Shown here piece by piece: positions 38,662 through 51,602 of a stretch of 64,000 nt of DNA (position 1 is its first letter; each line of letters starts with the position of its first letter). The notes below the pieces were generated by a model. The model was given only the letters and a program-made list of their open reading frames with translations. It was not told the origin of the DNA and searched no databases. Source of the stretch: Ascidiella aspersa (lineage: Eukaryota). Made by a program: the position numbers and the translations under genes. The stretch covers positions 28,582,001-28,646,000 of the forward strand of contig OZ004608.1 of NCBI GenBank assembly GCA_963924565.1, written 5' to 3'.

Positions 38662-39526
38662 GATTTTTTATCTTGTACAGTTTTGGATATTAGAAATGCA
38701 GAAATGTTTATAACTGTACCAAGTTAATGCGATGTTTATAATTTTACCCAGTAAATAGAAGGTTAAAAGCTTTTATTGTTGCTAAAGCCTACCTTAGCGA
38801 ACATTATTTGGGTTAGGGTGCGGGTTAGCGTGTCGGTTTGGGTATAGGTTAAGCAATACTATTAATAATAATACTTGAACCACCCTTACCCCAGCCTGAA
38901 AAGTATAACAGAACACGCGGGTACAAATTCGGGTGACTAGGTGCAAGTGCAACAAAGTTAAAAAAGGGCGCTGGTCTAGAATCCTACCACATTATTAAAT
39001 CAACGCACAATATTAGAGTTAGGGGCGGCGAGAGTTAGTGTTTGGATGTGGGTGAGTCAAGTATTCTTATATTTATTTTTAACTCTAACCAAAATAATGT
39101 GCGTTGTGGTAGGACTTTAGACCAGCACGAAAAATGTGCATCTCTGGTCTGCTTTCAAATTTTCAGACTTCCACGTTATGATTTTCTCATGCACTCTGTA
39201 TTGCATACATTGCACTGTAAACATAATAGGGTGCACGAACGTTTTACATGTTTAGGGTGTAGTTCAGATTTTTTTCTGGGTGCACTTGTCATACTTTCCA
39301 CAGTGGCCCCCACCCAAACAGTCCAGCGCCAATACTTTTATTGTTGCTAAAGCTAATAATGCTGTTTCTGGCTATTGACTTTCATTGCAAGTTTTATTAG
39401 TTAAAAGACAATATTATTTACATTTACAATGCTAGAAAATATTAGTTGTAGCTAATTTACTTCATTATAATAAACTTAGTTAGCAAATAGAGCAATCAGG
39501 TGGCACTGTATAAAGACAAATTGGAT

Positions 39527-39664
39527 TTGATTCTCGACAAGCTTTCGCACAACCGTGCTTCATCAGGTCAAATTGATTCTCGACAAGCTTTCGCACAACC
39601 GTGCTTCATCAGGTCAAATTGATTCTCAACAAGCTTTCGCACAACCGTGCTTTATCACGTCAAA
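39527..39664 (-). ncRNA. Three tandem 46-nt minimal type-I hammerhead ribozyme motifs (left-arm copy)
   Basis: Reverse complement of 47549-47686. Two units have an intact CTGATGA..GAAA core and one has GTGATAA. Enclosed by ~39-bp inverted repeats (39485-39711). Confidence 0.75.
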
Positions 39665-42600
39665 ATGATATACAATTTGTCTTTATACAGTGCCACCTGA
39701 TTTCTCTATTTAGAATTAGACAAATACGGCCATATACAAAGATTAGTTAGCAAAATATATGCCAAGGAATATTAAATTAGATAAGAAGACCTTTGTTTTG
39801 CAACTTATTTTCTAAAATTTGGTCACCATTGTAATGTAAAGTAAGTCCTAGGTAGTATACATGTTTCAAATATTATAAATTGAAGCCAATATTTTGGTGT
39901 TAAATTTAACTTTAACAATTGGCTATTGTTATAGTGCATATTGCATCTAGTTTGCATTCTGTGGCAGATGCATACCAAATATTTTTAGAGCAATTTGTGT
40001 GCACACCTCAATAACTAAATTGCACACTTCAGAAAAGGTTGTGTTGCAGTAGGATTTCAAACTTCAGTTCTGCCAAAATATGTCTGCACATCTGGAAAGT
40101 TGGTGATGTATGTCAGATATCTGTGCATCGCACATTCTTTTTATCACATTTTAGTGTAAATTTCAAATTTGTGGCATAAAAATCTTAAGGTCCGAAAATA
40201 TGTTACTTCCTTCTGTTCATGGTGGTCTGAAGGCATACAACCAAACTAATAAAAACTCATGAATATTATTAGCTGTAAAAGTGTTGTAGTGATCTCAAGT
40301 TGATAAAAAATAGCTGCTGCATAAGGTTGCGAAGTTGTAGCGAATAGTGCCTAATAAATTTAAATTTAATATTTCACTACCTTAATTGACCTTACTTTTT
40401 AACATTTTTGCATTCTTAACTTTTTCCATTAAGGTCATATACAAGTCATGATTTTAAATAAAATTTTGAACTTAAGTTGTTTATTATCTATAAGCTGCTT
40501 TAAGTTTAATATTACAGAATTTAATTAAATATTATCATGCCTGGCCAAATTAATTTATATTTTTGTTTTTCATTATTAAAAATGTTTTTAGCATTTTATA
40601 TAATTCCTAGATGTAATATTTCAGTCAACCCCCAAAATTAAGGACTTTGTAAGGTGAAAGTGCAAGTAAAAAGATGTCTCTGAAAGTGTTAAGTAACCTT
40701 TAAATCATTGGAAAAGCTCTCTGCATCAAGTCTACACCCATTTGACAAAGAAACAGCTTCAGTTTCCATCCCCACTAACAAACCTTTGTGCACGGAAGTT
40801 AGAGAAAAGGTAATTTCCATTTTGTGTGTTGTGAATTCCAAAACATTAATGTTTACCAGCACTTCCCAACCCGTGGCCAATGGTTTCCAGGTACCAAACT
40901 CGAAAATGTTTTTTCAATTATTTTTTATAACGACTTGGCTAATTTAGTCCACAGTTATTAAAATATGTAACCAATAAACAAGGCCTATTTAATAAAAACA
41001 TGCAAGTAGTTCAGGAGAAATATATGTATATCTAACATTTTTAGTGTTGTCTAGTGTCGACAAGGGAGTCCAATCATCTAACAAGGAGAAACAACTAGCG
41101 ATGAACTCGTGGTGTCTATGTGCAAAAAATCATACAGTGATGAAGAAAAGGACAAACATTTAAATGTGTAATTATTCTAGACCGGTGGTTACTGTATAGT
41201 TACCCCGCATCATTTTACACAATCGTTCGTGATCGCGCCGCTTAAAACTGCACATGGTAAAATAAACAGATTTGGAAAATCATATCCAAAATGGCCCATT
41301 GATTGAGTTATAGTTCCTAACAGGCCGTTTAAAATACCGGAAATGCGATAATTTATTGAAAGATTTTATGGACTACGTATGCTACATTTATTACGCACCA
41401 CATTGTGCAATTTTGGAAAAACATATAAATAGTTTCCTGCTTTACTACACTCTGATTATGTTTTTGTGCCTTGTTTTTAGCTATTAGTGCTTTAATGTGA
41501 GTTTAATAAAATAAAAACACAACGGTTATGTGTTCCAGTGTTGGTTGACTACAAAAACTAAGTCCACTTACAAATAACAGTATTTTTGTTAGCTGATTTT
41601 TACGCATTTTGCGTTTCGTCCTTAGTATTAAAAAAAGAGGCCGAACAGTGTATTAAAATAAATAATTTTATTAATTACTACATTCAAATTATGTCCGTGT
41701 TGGGTCGTTCCTTGTTCTACAATTGACGATTAAAAATCAAGCAATATATCCACCGCACAACGCAGTAAATCAAAACGTGAATTGAGCACACATTTTTGTA
41801 GTGGTTTATCGTGATATTTATTGATTCGATCTATATTTGCCCCTATGATTTCGTTGTATCTGGTAGGACTCCAATGGTCCAGCCACACGATCGAAATATA
41901 TATTTCGGAATAAAACAAAAATCGGACTAGGACCTTATAATCGTAATAACGTATAAACGGAATATGTCCTAAATACGTCGGAATAAGACTTAACTTGCAG
42001 GAACCAAGCCTACACAAAATTTCACCTAACCCCGCCCGTAGGTACATCACAAACCCTTCTAATAATTTCAACTCTGAAAACAATTTTCAAACCCTAAACA
42101 GGGCCTACAATCGATGCCAAAACAGCGGAGCCTCAACGGCGCCGTTCCATCTAGGGTGCCCAAGCGTCGATACCAAAACAGCCGATGGCCCCTGATCGTC
42201 CCATACCCTCTCCCTACAGTTTTAGACGTTATTTTGGCCATCAAACGCCCTGTTTTAATAAATTTAGGACTTTCCGGCGGGTATGTGTGTTGTTCAGGCG
42301 ATTTAGATCTTATTCTGTCGTGGAAATTAGGCCTACTGCGTATTTGGCTTTATTATGTCGTTGATCTTCATACTATGGTATTATAGATTTTTGTGCTTAA
42401 TGTATTTTTGCTTTGTAGTTATTATTGTATGTTCCCATCTGATTCCTATAAAACTGTCTTAAATGGTGCCAAGGTGTAATGACTGTTAGCGATGGATACA
42501 ATCGTGTTTATACTTTTAATAGCTTACGTTACAACATGTTGGTCACCTCGGACAAACTTCCGACGTCAACCTGGTTTTAAAATGGCCATATGCCTGAAAA

Positions 42601-42898
42601 AATCCATCTCTTTAGGTTTTAATACTGTTAGCACTGCTGTATTGAGACATTGTTTTAACTACGTGTGACGAAACCAAACTAAACAATTATGGTTTGTTCA
42701 GTGAGAACATATTATTGACTTGCGTCTAAAAGTTGTTCACAATATTTGTCCAAAGTTAAAAAGCTTAGTATTAATGCACATTTCAACATACTAAACCATG
42801 CATATTAAAGATTTTCATCCTGGCAGCTGCACAGCCGACAATTGTCTGCGAGAGCCTGTGGCTGTTTTAATTCTCATGTACACGTTTTGAGTATACCA

Positions 42899-44215
42899 GT
42901 ACACAAAGTGTACTTCGGTTAAAAATGAGTTACTTTTACATTTGTAGAAGATATAAACACAATGATACTTGTGCAAAAACTGTTTGTTTACATTTCGTAC
43001 CTTGTCCGTAATTTTAATTTCGCGCTGACTGTTGCAAAGCTAACTTTCTCACGGTTGTACCTTTTAAATGCCTTTGATCCGCGTTAAGTACAGAAAAGTT
43101 TTTCAAGTTGGAAAATTAAAATAACCCATTTGTGGGAGAAATATAAACTGAGATGTTTGGTAAAACAACAGTTCGTTCAACTCTTTTCGTTTGACAGTAA
43201 TTTGACTGCGCGTTAAAGTTCGCTAGGCTGACTTTTCGCACAGGGTCGTGCCTCATAAATGCTTATGAAGCACGCTTAGTACAGAAGCATTTTTCAAGTT
43301 GGAAAATTAAAAATTACACATTTGTAAAATACATATAAACTGAGATGTTTCGTAAAACAACTGTTCGTTTAACTCTTTTCGTTTGGCAGTAATTTGATTG
43401 CGCGTTGAAGGTCGCAAAGCTGACTTTTCGCACATAGTAGTGCATTATAAATGCTTATGATGCGCGCTTAGTACAGGAGAATTTTTCAAGTTGGAAAATT
43501 AAAAATTACACATTTGTAAAAGACTTATAAACTGAGATGTTTCGTAAAACAACTGTTCGTTTAACTCTTTTCGTTTGGCAGTAATTTGATTGCGCGTTAA
43601 AGTTCGCAAAGCTGACTTTTCGCACAGGGTCGTGCGTTATAAATGCTTATGAAGCGTGCTTAGTACAGAAGCATTTTTCAAGTTGGAAAATTAAAAATTA
43701 CACATTTGTAAAAGACGTATAAACTGAGATGTTTCGTAAAACAACTGTTCGTTTAACTCTTTTCGTTTGGCAGTAATTTGATTGCGCGTTAAAGTTCGCT
43801 AGGCTGACTTTTCGCACAGGGTCGTGCCTCATAAATGCTTATGAAGCGCGCTTAGTACAGAAGCATTTTTCAAGTTGGAAAATTAAAAATTACACATTTG
43901 TAAAATATATATAAACTGAGATGTTTCGTAAAACAACTGTTCGTTTAACTCTTTTCGTTTGGCAGTAATTTGATTGCATGTTAAAGTTCGCAAAGCTGAT
44001 TTTTCGCACAGGGTCGTGCCTTATAAATGCTTATGAAGCGCGCTTAGTACAGAAGCATTTTTCAAGTTGGAAAATTAAACATTACACATTTGTAAAAGAC
44101 GTATAAACTGAGATGTTTCGTAAAACAACTGTTCGTTTAACTCTTTTCGTTTGGAAGAAATTTGATTGCGCGTTAAAGGTCGCAAAGCTAACTTTTCGCA
44201 CTTGATTCGTACAGA
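42899..44215. repeat. 192-bp tandem array (~7 units) in the foldback spacer
   Basis: GTACAG anchors at 43088, 43279, 43471, 43663, 43855 and 44047; a more diverged unit starts at ~42899; no ORF of 60 aa or more in the track. Confidence 0.95.
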
Positions 44216-44297
44216 AGTGTTTCTGAATTTAACCTCGTAATAAAAAGTGCTCATCTTCTGTTTAACTAGACGAATGAATTTTCTTCCATAAATGGGT

Positions 44298-44402
44298 AAG
44301 TTTTAGATTTCCAGCTTAAAAGCACTGCAGTATAAGGGCGCATTATACGCATTCCTAAGTCACTTTATACTACAGTGCTTTTAAGCTGGAAATCTAAAAC
44401 TT
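44298..44402. repeat. Small hairpin (~38-bp arms) in the foldback spacer
   Basis: AAGTTTTAGATTTCCAGCTTAAAAGCACTGCAGTATAA / TTATACTACAGTGCTTTTAAGCTGGAAATCTAAAACTT. Confidence 0.85.
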
Positions 44403-47400
44403 TTAAGCTGGAATTAAAAACGTCGGCTGTGCAGCTGCCAGGATGAAAATCTTTAATAGGCATGGTTTAGTATGTTGAAATGTGCATTAATACTACGCTT
44501 TTTACCTTTTGACAAATATTGTGAACAACAATATTTTTAGACGCAAGTCAATAACATGTTCTCATTGAACAAACCATAATTGTTTAGTTTGGTTTCGTTA
44601 CACGTAGTTAGAACAATGTCTCAATACAGCAGTGCTAACAGTATTAAAACCTTAAGAGATGGATTTTTTCAGGCATATGGCCATTTTAAAACCAGGTTGA
44701 CGTCGGAAGTTTGTCCGAGGTGACCAACATGTTGTAACGTAAGCTATGAAGAATATAAACACGATTGTATCCATCGCTAACAGTCATTACACCTTGGCAC
44801 CATTTAAGACAGTTTTATAGGAATCAGATGGGAACATACAATAATAACTACAAAGCAAAACCAACGACATAATAAAGCCAAATACGCAGTAGGCCTAATA
44901 CCCACGACAGAATAAGATCTAAACCGCCTGAATAACACACATACCCGCCAGAAAGTCCTAAATTCATCGAAACAGGGCGTTTGATGGCCAAAATAACGTC
45001 TGAAACTGGAAGGAGAGTGTATGGGACGATCAGGGCCATCGGTTGTTTTGGTGTCGACGCTTGGGCACCCTAGATGGAACGGCGCCGTTAAAGCTCCGCT
45101 GTTTTAGCATCGATTGTAGGCCCTGTTTAGGGTTAGAAAATTGTTTTCAGAGTTGAAATTATTAGAAGGTTTGTGATGTACCTACGGGCGGCAAATTTTG
45201 TATAGGCTTGGTTCTTTCTTGCAAGTTAAATCTTATTCCGACGCATTTAGGACATATTCCGTTTATACGTTATTATTACGAGTGTTAGGTCCTAGTCCGA
45301 TTTTTGTTTTATTCCGAAATATATATTTCGATCTTGTGGCTGGACCATTGGAGTCCAGATACAACGAAATCATAGGGGCAAATATAGATCGAATCAAAAA
45401 ATATCACGATAAACCACTACAAAAATGTGTGCTCAATTCTCGTTTTGATTTACTGCGTTGTGCGGTGGATATATTGCTTGATTTTTAATCGTCAATTGTA
45501 GAACAAGGAACGACCCAACACGGACATAATTTGAATGTAGTAATTAATAAAATTATTTATTTTAATACACTGTTCGGCCTCTTTTTTTAATACTAAGGAC
45601 GAAACGCAAAATGCGTAAAAATCAGCTAACAAAAATACTGTTATTTGTAAGTGGACTTAGTTTTTGTAGTCAACCAACACTGGAACAAATAACCGTTGCT
45701 TTTTATTTTATTAAACTCACATTTAAAGCACTAATAGCTAAAAACAAGACACAAAAACATAATCAGAGTGTAGTAAAGCAGGAAACTATTTATATGTTTT
45801 TCCAAAATTGCACAATGTGGTGCGTAATAAATGTAGCATACGTAGTCCATAAAATCTTTCAATAAATTATCGCATTCCGGGTATTTTAAACGGCCTGTTA
45901 GGAACTATAACTCAATCAATGGGCCATTTTCGATATGATTTTCCAAATCTGTTTATTTTACCATGTGCAGTTTTAAGCGGCGCGATCACGAACGATTGTG
46001 TAAAATGATGCGGGGTAACTATACAGTAACCACCGGTCTAGAATAATTACACATTTAAATGTTCGTCCTTTTCTTCATCACTGTATGATTTTTTGCACAT
46101 AGGCACCACGAGTTCATCGCTAGTTGTTTCTCCTTGTTAGATGATTGGACTCCCTTGTCGACACTAGACAATACTAAAAATGTTAGATATACATATATTT
46201 CTCCTGAACTACTTGCATGTTTTTATTAAATAGGCCTTGTTTATTGGTTACATATTTTAATAACTGTGGACTAAATTAGCCAAGTCGTTATAAAAGATAA
46301 TTGAAAAAACATTTTCGAGTTTGGTACCTGGAAACCATTGGCCACGGGTTGGGAAGTGCTGGTAAACATTAATGTTTTGGAATGCACAACACACAAAATG
46401 GAAATTACCTTTTCTCTAAATTCCGTGCACAAAGGTTTGTTAGTGGGGATGGAAACTGAAGCTGTTTCTTTGTCAAATGGGTGTAGACTTGATGCAGAGA
46501 GCTTTTCCAATGATTTAAAGGTTACTTAACACTTTCAGAGACATCTTTTTACTTGCACTTTCACAAAGTCCTTAATTTTGGGGGTTGACTGAAATATTAC
46601 ATCTAGGAATTATATAAAATGCTAAAAACATTTTTAATAATGAAAAACAAAAATATAAATTAATTTGGCCAGGCATGATAATATTTAATTAAATTCTGTA
46701 ATATTAAACTTAAAGCAGCTTATAGATAATAAACAACTTAAGTTCAAAATTTTATTTAAAATCATGACTTGTATATGACCTTAATGGAAAAAGTTAAGAA
46801 TGCAAAAATGTTAAAAAGTAAGGTCAATTAAGGTAGTGAAATATGAAATTTAAATTTATTGGGCACTATTCGCTACAACTTCGCAACCTTATGCAGCAGC
46901 TATTTTTTATCAACTTGAGATCACTACAACACTTTTACAGCTAATAATATTCATGAGTTTTTATTAGTTTGGTTGTTTGCCTTCAGACCACCATGAACAG
47001 AAGGAAGTAACATATTTTCGGACCTTAAGATTTTTATCCCACAAATTTGAAATTTACACTAAAATGTGATAAAAAGAATGTGCGATGCACAGATATCTGA
47101 CATACATCACCAACTTTCCAGATGTGCAGACATATTTTGGCAGAACTGAAGTTTGAAATCCTACTGCAATACAACCTTTTCTGAAGTGTGCAATTTAGTT
47201 ATTGAGGTGTGCACACAAATTGCTTTAAAAATATTTGGTATGCATCTGCCACAGAATGCAAACTAGATGCAATATGCACCATAACAAGAGCCAATTGTTA
47301 AAGTTAAATTTAACACCAAAATATTGGCTTCAATTTAAAATATTTGAAACATGTATACTACCTAGGACTTACTTTACATTATAATGGTGACCAAATTTTA

Positions 47401-47548
47401 GAAAATAAGTTGCAAAACAAAGGTCTTCTTATCTAATTTAATATTCCTTGGCATATATTTTGCTAACTAATCTTTGTATATGGCCGTATTAGTCTAATTC
47501 TAAATAGAGGAATCAGGTGGCACTGTATAAAGACAAATTGTATATCAT

Positions 47549-47686
47549 TTTGACCTGATAAAGCACGGTTGTGCGAAAGCTTGTCGAGAATCAATTTGAC
47601 CTGATGAAGCACGGTTGTGCGAAAGCTTGTCGAGAATAAATTTGACCTGATGAAGCACGGTTGTGCGAAAGCTTGTCGGGAATCAA
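47549..47686 (+). ncRNA. Three tandem 46-nt minimal type-I hammerhead ribozyme motifs (right-arm copy)
   Basis: Unit TTTGAC-CTGATGA-A-GCAC(GGTT)GTGC-GAA-AG/CT-T-GTCGAG-AATCAA. Cores at 47555 (CTGATAA, mutated), 47601 and 47647. Stem I UUUGAC:GUCGAG; palindromic AGCU stem III. 39-bp inverted repeats at 47502-47540 / 47690-47728. Confidence 0.8.
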
Positions 47687-50600
47687 ATTCAATTTGTATT
47701 TATACAGTGCCACCTGATTCCTCTATTTGCTAACTAAGTTTATTATAATGAAGTAAATTAGCTACAACTAATATTTTCTAGCATTGTAAATGTAAATAAT
47801 ATTGTCTTTTAACTAATAAAACTTCGGAATGAAAGTCAATAGCCAGAAACAGCATTATTAGCTTTAGCAACAATAAAAGTATTGGCGCTGGACTGTTTGG
47901 GAGGGGGCCACTGTGGAAAGTATGGCAAGTGCACCCAGAAAAAAATCTGAACTGCACCCTAAACATGTAAAACGTTCGTGCACCCTATTATGTTTACAGT
48001 GCAATGTATGCAATACAGAGTGCATGAGAAAATCATAACGTGGAAGTCTGAAAATTTGAAAGCAGACCAAAGATGCAGTTTTTCGTGCTGGTCTAAAGTC
48101 CTACCACAACGCACATTATTTTGGTTAGGATTAAAAATAAATATAAGAATACTTGACCCACCGACATCCAAACACTAACTCTCGCCGCCCCTAACCCTAA
48201 TATTGTGCGTTGATTTAATAATGTGGTAGGATTGTAGACCAGCGCCCTTTTTTAACTTTGTTGCACTTGCACCTAGTCACCCGAATTTTTTCGGCATTGT
48301 ACCCGCGTGTTCTGTTATACTTTCCAGGTTGGGGTAAGGGTGGTTCAAGTATTATTATTAATAGTATTGCTTAACCTATACCCAAACCGACACGCTAACC
48401 CGCACCCTAACCCAAATAATGTTCACTAAGGTAGGCTTTAGCAACAATAAAAGCTTTTAACCTTCTATTTACTGGGTAAAATTATAAACATCGCATTAAC
48501 TTGGTACAGTTATAAACATTTCTGCATTTCTAATATCCAAAACTGTACAAGATAAAAAATCTGTAGTCTGCATCGCTTGGCAACGTTTCGTTATGCATGA
48601 TTAGGCTACGCATTCGCTGTTCGCCTGTATCCTGTTCTTATACGGTCCGCTTAAAGCGTCTAATTTCTAACACATATTCTAACACAGACGCTTCAAAGCC
48701 CCGAATTGTCGTAATACGAACGCTACAAGCGTTGAAAACAAATCGAATCGGGTGTATATACAGAAGTTGAAAGCGATAACTTTGAACCATAAAAGGTCAA
48801 ACAAAATACCATATGTACATAAATATAACACTGGATCGTATATTCAAGTTACACTCAAAAGCTGTAGAAACTTGGAGTAAGGTGTAGAGTAATGTTTATG
48901 CGTGAATCATAAATAGCTAACTTTCGAAAATAGCAAATATTTTTGGTATTTAAATTAAACAATGCTAATTTCCATGATTTGGAATGAAGCTTAGAAATAT
49001 CTTTACTAACGGAATTTTATTTGTTGTCCTGTCATGGGTTAAAAACATCGTTTTTTTAAACCATGCAGTTGTCCAAAATAATGTTGCATCACAGTTAAAC
49101 AGTATGCGGTATAAGACAATAATTTAAAAATTAACAAACGCGAGCTATAACACACTTTTAAATAGGAATTAAATGTTGGAACAGAGAAATCATTTTAATT
49201 TTATAAGGCTTATCATTTTCATTACAATATTGTGTTTCGTGGTTTATTTTTATATCAGGGAAATTTCAATTTTTTGTCGATTCAGCAATGTTTTACAAAA
49301 CAATTTACAGACAACCCGTAGAAGAAAGTTTACAGGCTTTCATTGATTTGAGGATACCCGATTTAAATTAACTATAACGCTTCACCTATAAAATATCATA
49401 ATGGTAGAGTTGATGTCACGTTGTGAGTGAGCAAACCCGTTTGCTGATGAGTTGAGCACTTTATCACCAACTGAACCATTCCAGTCTGTGGATTTAAGTA
49501 AAGATGAAATAACAGTGCCAAGCTATTTGCAATAAGCTAAATAATAAAATTTCTTACTTATTGAGGTGAATGTCGCCTCTGGCGAATATTACCAGAGTGG
49601 TTATTTTACCTTTTTGTTTATAGTTATTCAAAGCGCAAGCTCGATTAGGTGCACATAAAGATATACCTTAAAAACGCTTTTTAGCTGATTGCAAATTGAA
49701 TGACATTGTGGTTAATGTTAATTTCATCGAGTTTTAGAGTCATACTGTTCCCCAAGTGTTACTTCATTCGGCTAGTGTTTTGCGTGCTAAGTTTATAACA
49801 ATTTAGACAAAAACAAACAATAAGTTTCACACAAAAAATCATGTCTAACTTACTAAGAAAATCATTGCAGTCATCTCTATCAACTGAGGTGCTATTCCTG
49901 ACACCGCCGATGCAAGCAAACTCTCCATAACAGCTATCAACTCTACAAAATAATTTAATACAATTATGTTTGGAAAAGACAGACACGCCCAATTAAAAAT
50001 GAAAAATAAACTCAAAAGTTAGTAACTCGAGGATGGTTAATCGCATATGAGTGGCATTTTAGCGTTTGTTGTTGATATGTTGTCAAACTTATTTTATATA
50101 TATATATATATTGAACAACGTTTGCTCCACGTGTAATTTAAATCAAGAGTAAAATCGCTAGAACAACTAGTTAACTAACTTCACTCCAGGGCACATTGCA
50201 TAGGCGCTTCCAGAAATCCCGTAGCTCCAAATTGTAGAAAACCAGGAGTAACTTTAAACAATGAAGGTGGAATTGTGGAGTTGAGAACATCTTTACCGGT
50301 TGATATTGTGACAGGAACAACAAAACCGTCCGAAGAACTGCATCCGGGAACTGCATTACAACAGTAACGGTTGTTAAAGTGACTTCCATTTTGGGCGATG
50401 ATAATATATTTTGCAAAATACCTATATTTTCCACTCCAGCCACAATCTCCAATATCTTTGCCATTGAGTTTTTTATTTGAGACTCTGTTACCAATTTACC
50501 ACCAGTTCTATAAAAAAAAAAACTTAATCACACTTTTGTTTAGCAGTTATCCTATGTAGTTTTTCAAACCTGGAAAACATGTTGTAGCCTACTAAAATGT

Positions 50601-51602
50601 TGGACCATTTATTGTCTTATGGATCAAGGTAACCATAATAGCAAGTCTTGGAGTTTGAATAGCTTTGACGATCAATGCTTGTGTCCGATCCAGAATGCCA
50701 TTCCTTAAAAATACATCAATTTATTTGTTTGCACCAACCTATAAATTAACAGGTACTTTAAAAGTGTACAAATATACCTTCGTGGTGTTTATAATGTAAA
50801 ACACATCACAGATGCTTGGTGTGCTGGTCATGTTGTAACGACAATTTGACGTGTATTCCATCTGGAAGTTCCCGCGAGTAATATTTCCTTTGTATGATAG
50901 CCTGTGGTCCGTGATTGGTCTGTCACTATGAACCTAAAAGAGAAATGTAATTAATTAAACCGCAATGTCGTACGTGATTTTTGTTGTTGTATAAATTCTG
51001 TGGCAGGTGCTATACTAACAGCTATACGACCGCAAATAGAGATAAGAACATCACTCTATTCAAGAGAATTATAAGAAAATGTGTTGGCCTCAACCCTGTA
51101 AGAAGCGATTTATTGCTAAGTTCTTAAATAAGGACACAACATAATGCGAAAGAAAAAAAATAGGCGAGATAAAACACATGTCAGAAAGTGACGATTTAGC
51201 AAGATGGTATTAAAGTACAGCTATAGGGTTTCGGGGTTGTAGTGAGTGTAGTGAGCTTTAAAATAGCCCTGCCCACTTGCAAAGAAAGTCATTTAATATA
51301 ATTATTCCGAGTTGCGATAAGATGTTGCGATTTCTGGATTGATTTGACCATACTCAGAAACATAATTAAATCGGCACGGATTGGGCGTGCCGATACTTAC
51401 AACGGTAAATAAAAAAACGCGCACACAACAACAAACAGTTCAACAGGGTATCAGACTGATCCGCGACATTTGAACAGGATGACAGACTTCATTAATTTTT
51501 CTTACTGAGTATTTAAACAAGTTGTCATTCATGGATAGGTCACTAAGTTTATTCAAGTCCCATCATCCGGGGATAGCCGAAAAACATTAAGATGTTCTAA
51601 AT

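Larger units (their letters stand above)
37853..48754. mobile_element. 10.9-kb foldback DNA transposon (long TIR arms, 7-bp TSD; Galileo/P-superfamily-like, non-autonomous)
   Basis: Arms 37853-42839 and 44422-48754 are highly similar reverse complements. Termini CACCCGATTCGATTTG / CAAATCGAATCGGGTG. TSD TATATAC at 37846-37852 and 48755-48761. Empty paralogous site at ~63100. No transposase ORF. Confidence 0.9.

Noticed and set aside
38200-39030. CCCTAAC/GTTAGGG motifs as telomeric repeats
   Set aside because: Isolated degenerate motifs inside MITE inverted repeats, not tandem TTAGGG arrays.
42899-44215. 192-bp repeat as a 64-codon protein repeat or CRISPR array
   Set aside because: Stops in the frames checked and no ORF in the track; no unique spacers; eukaryotic context.
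47549-47686. 46-bp repeats as a CRISPR-like array
   Set aside because: The units are contiguous and near-identical with no spacers, and a hammerhead fold explains them.
39042-48178. Mirror-image ORFs in the foldback arms as a transposase
   Set aside because: Short, no THAP or DDE motifs recognised; duplicated only because of the inverted repeat.
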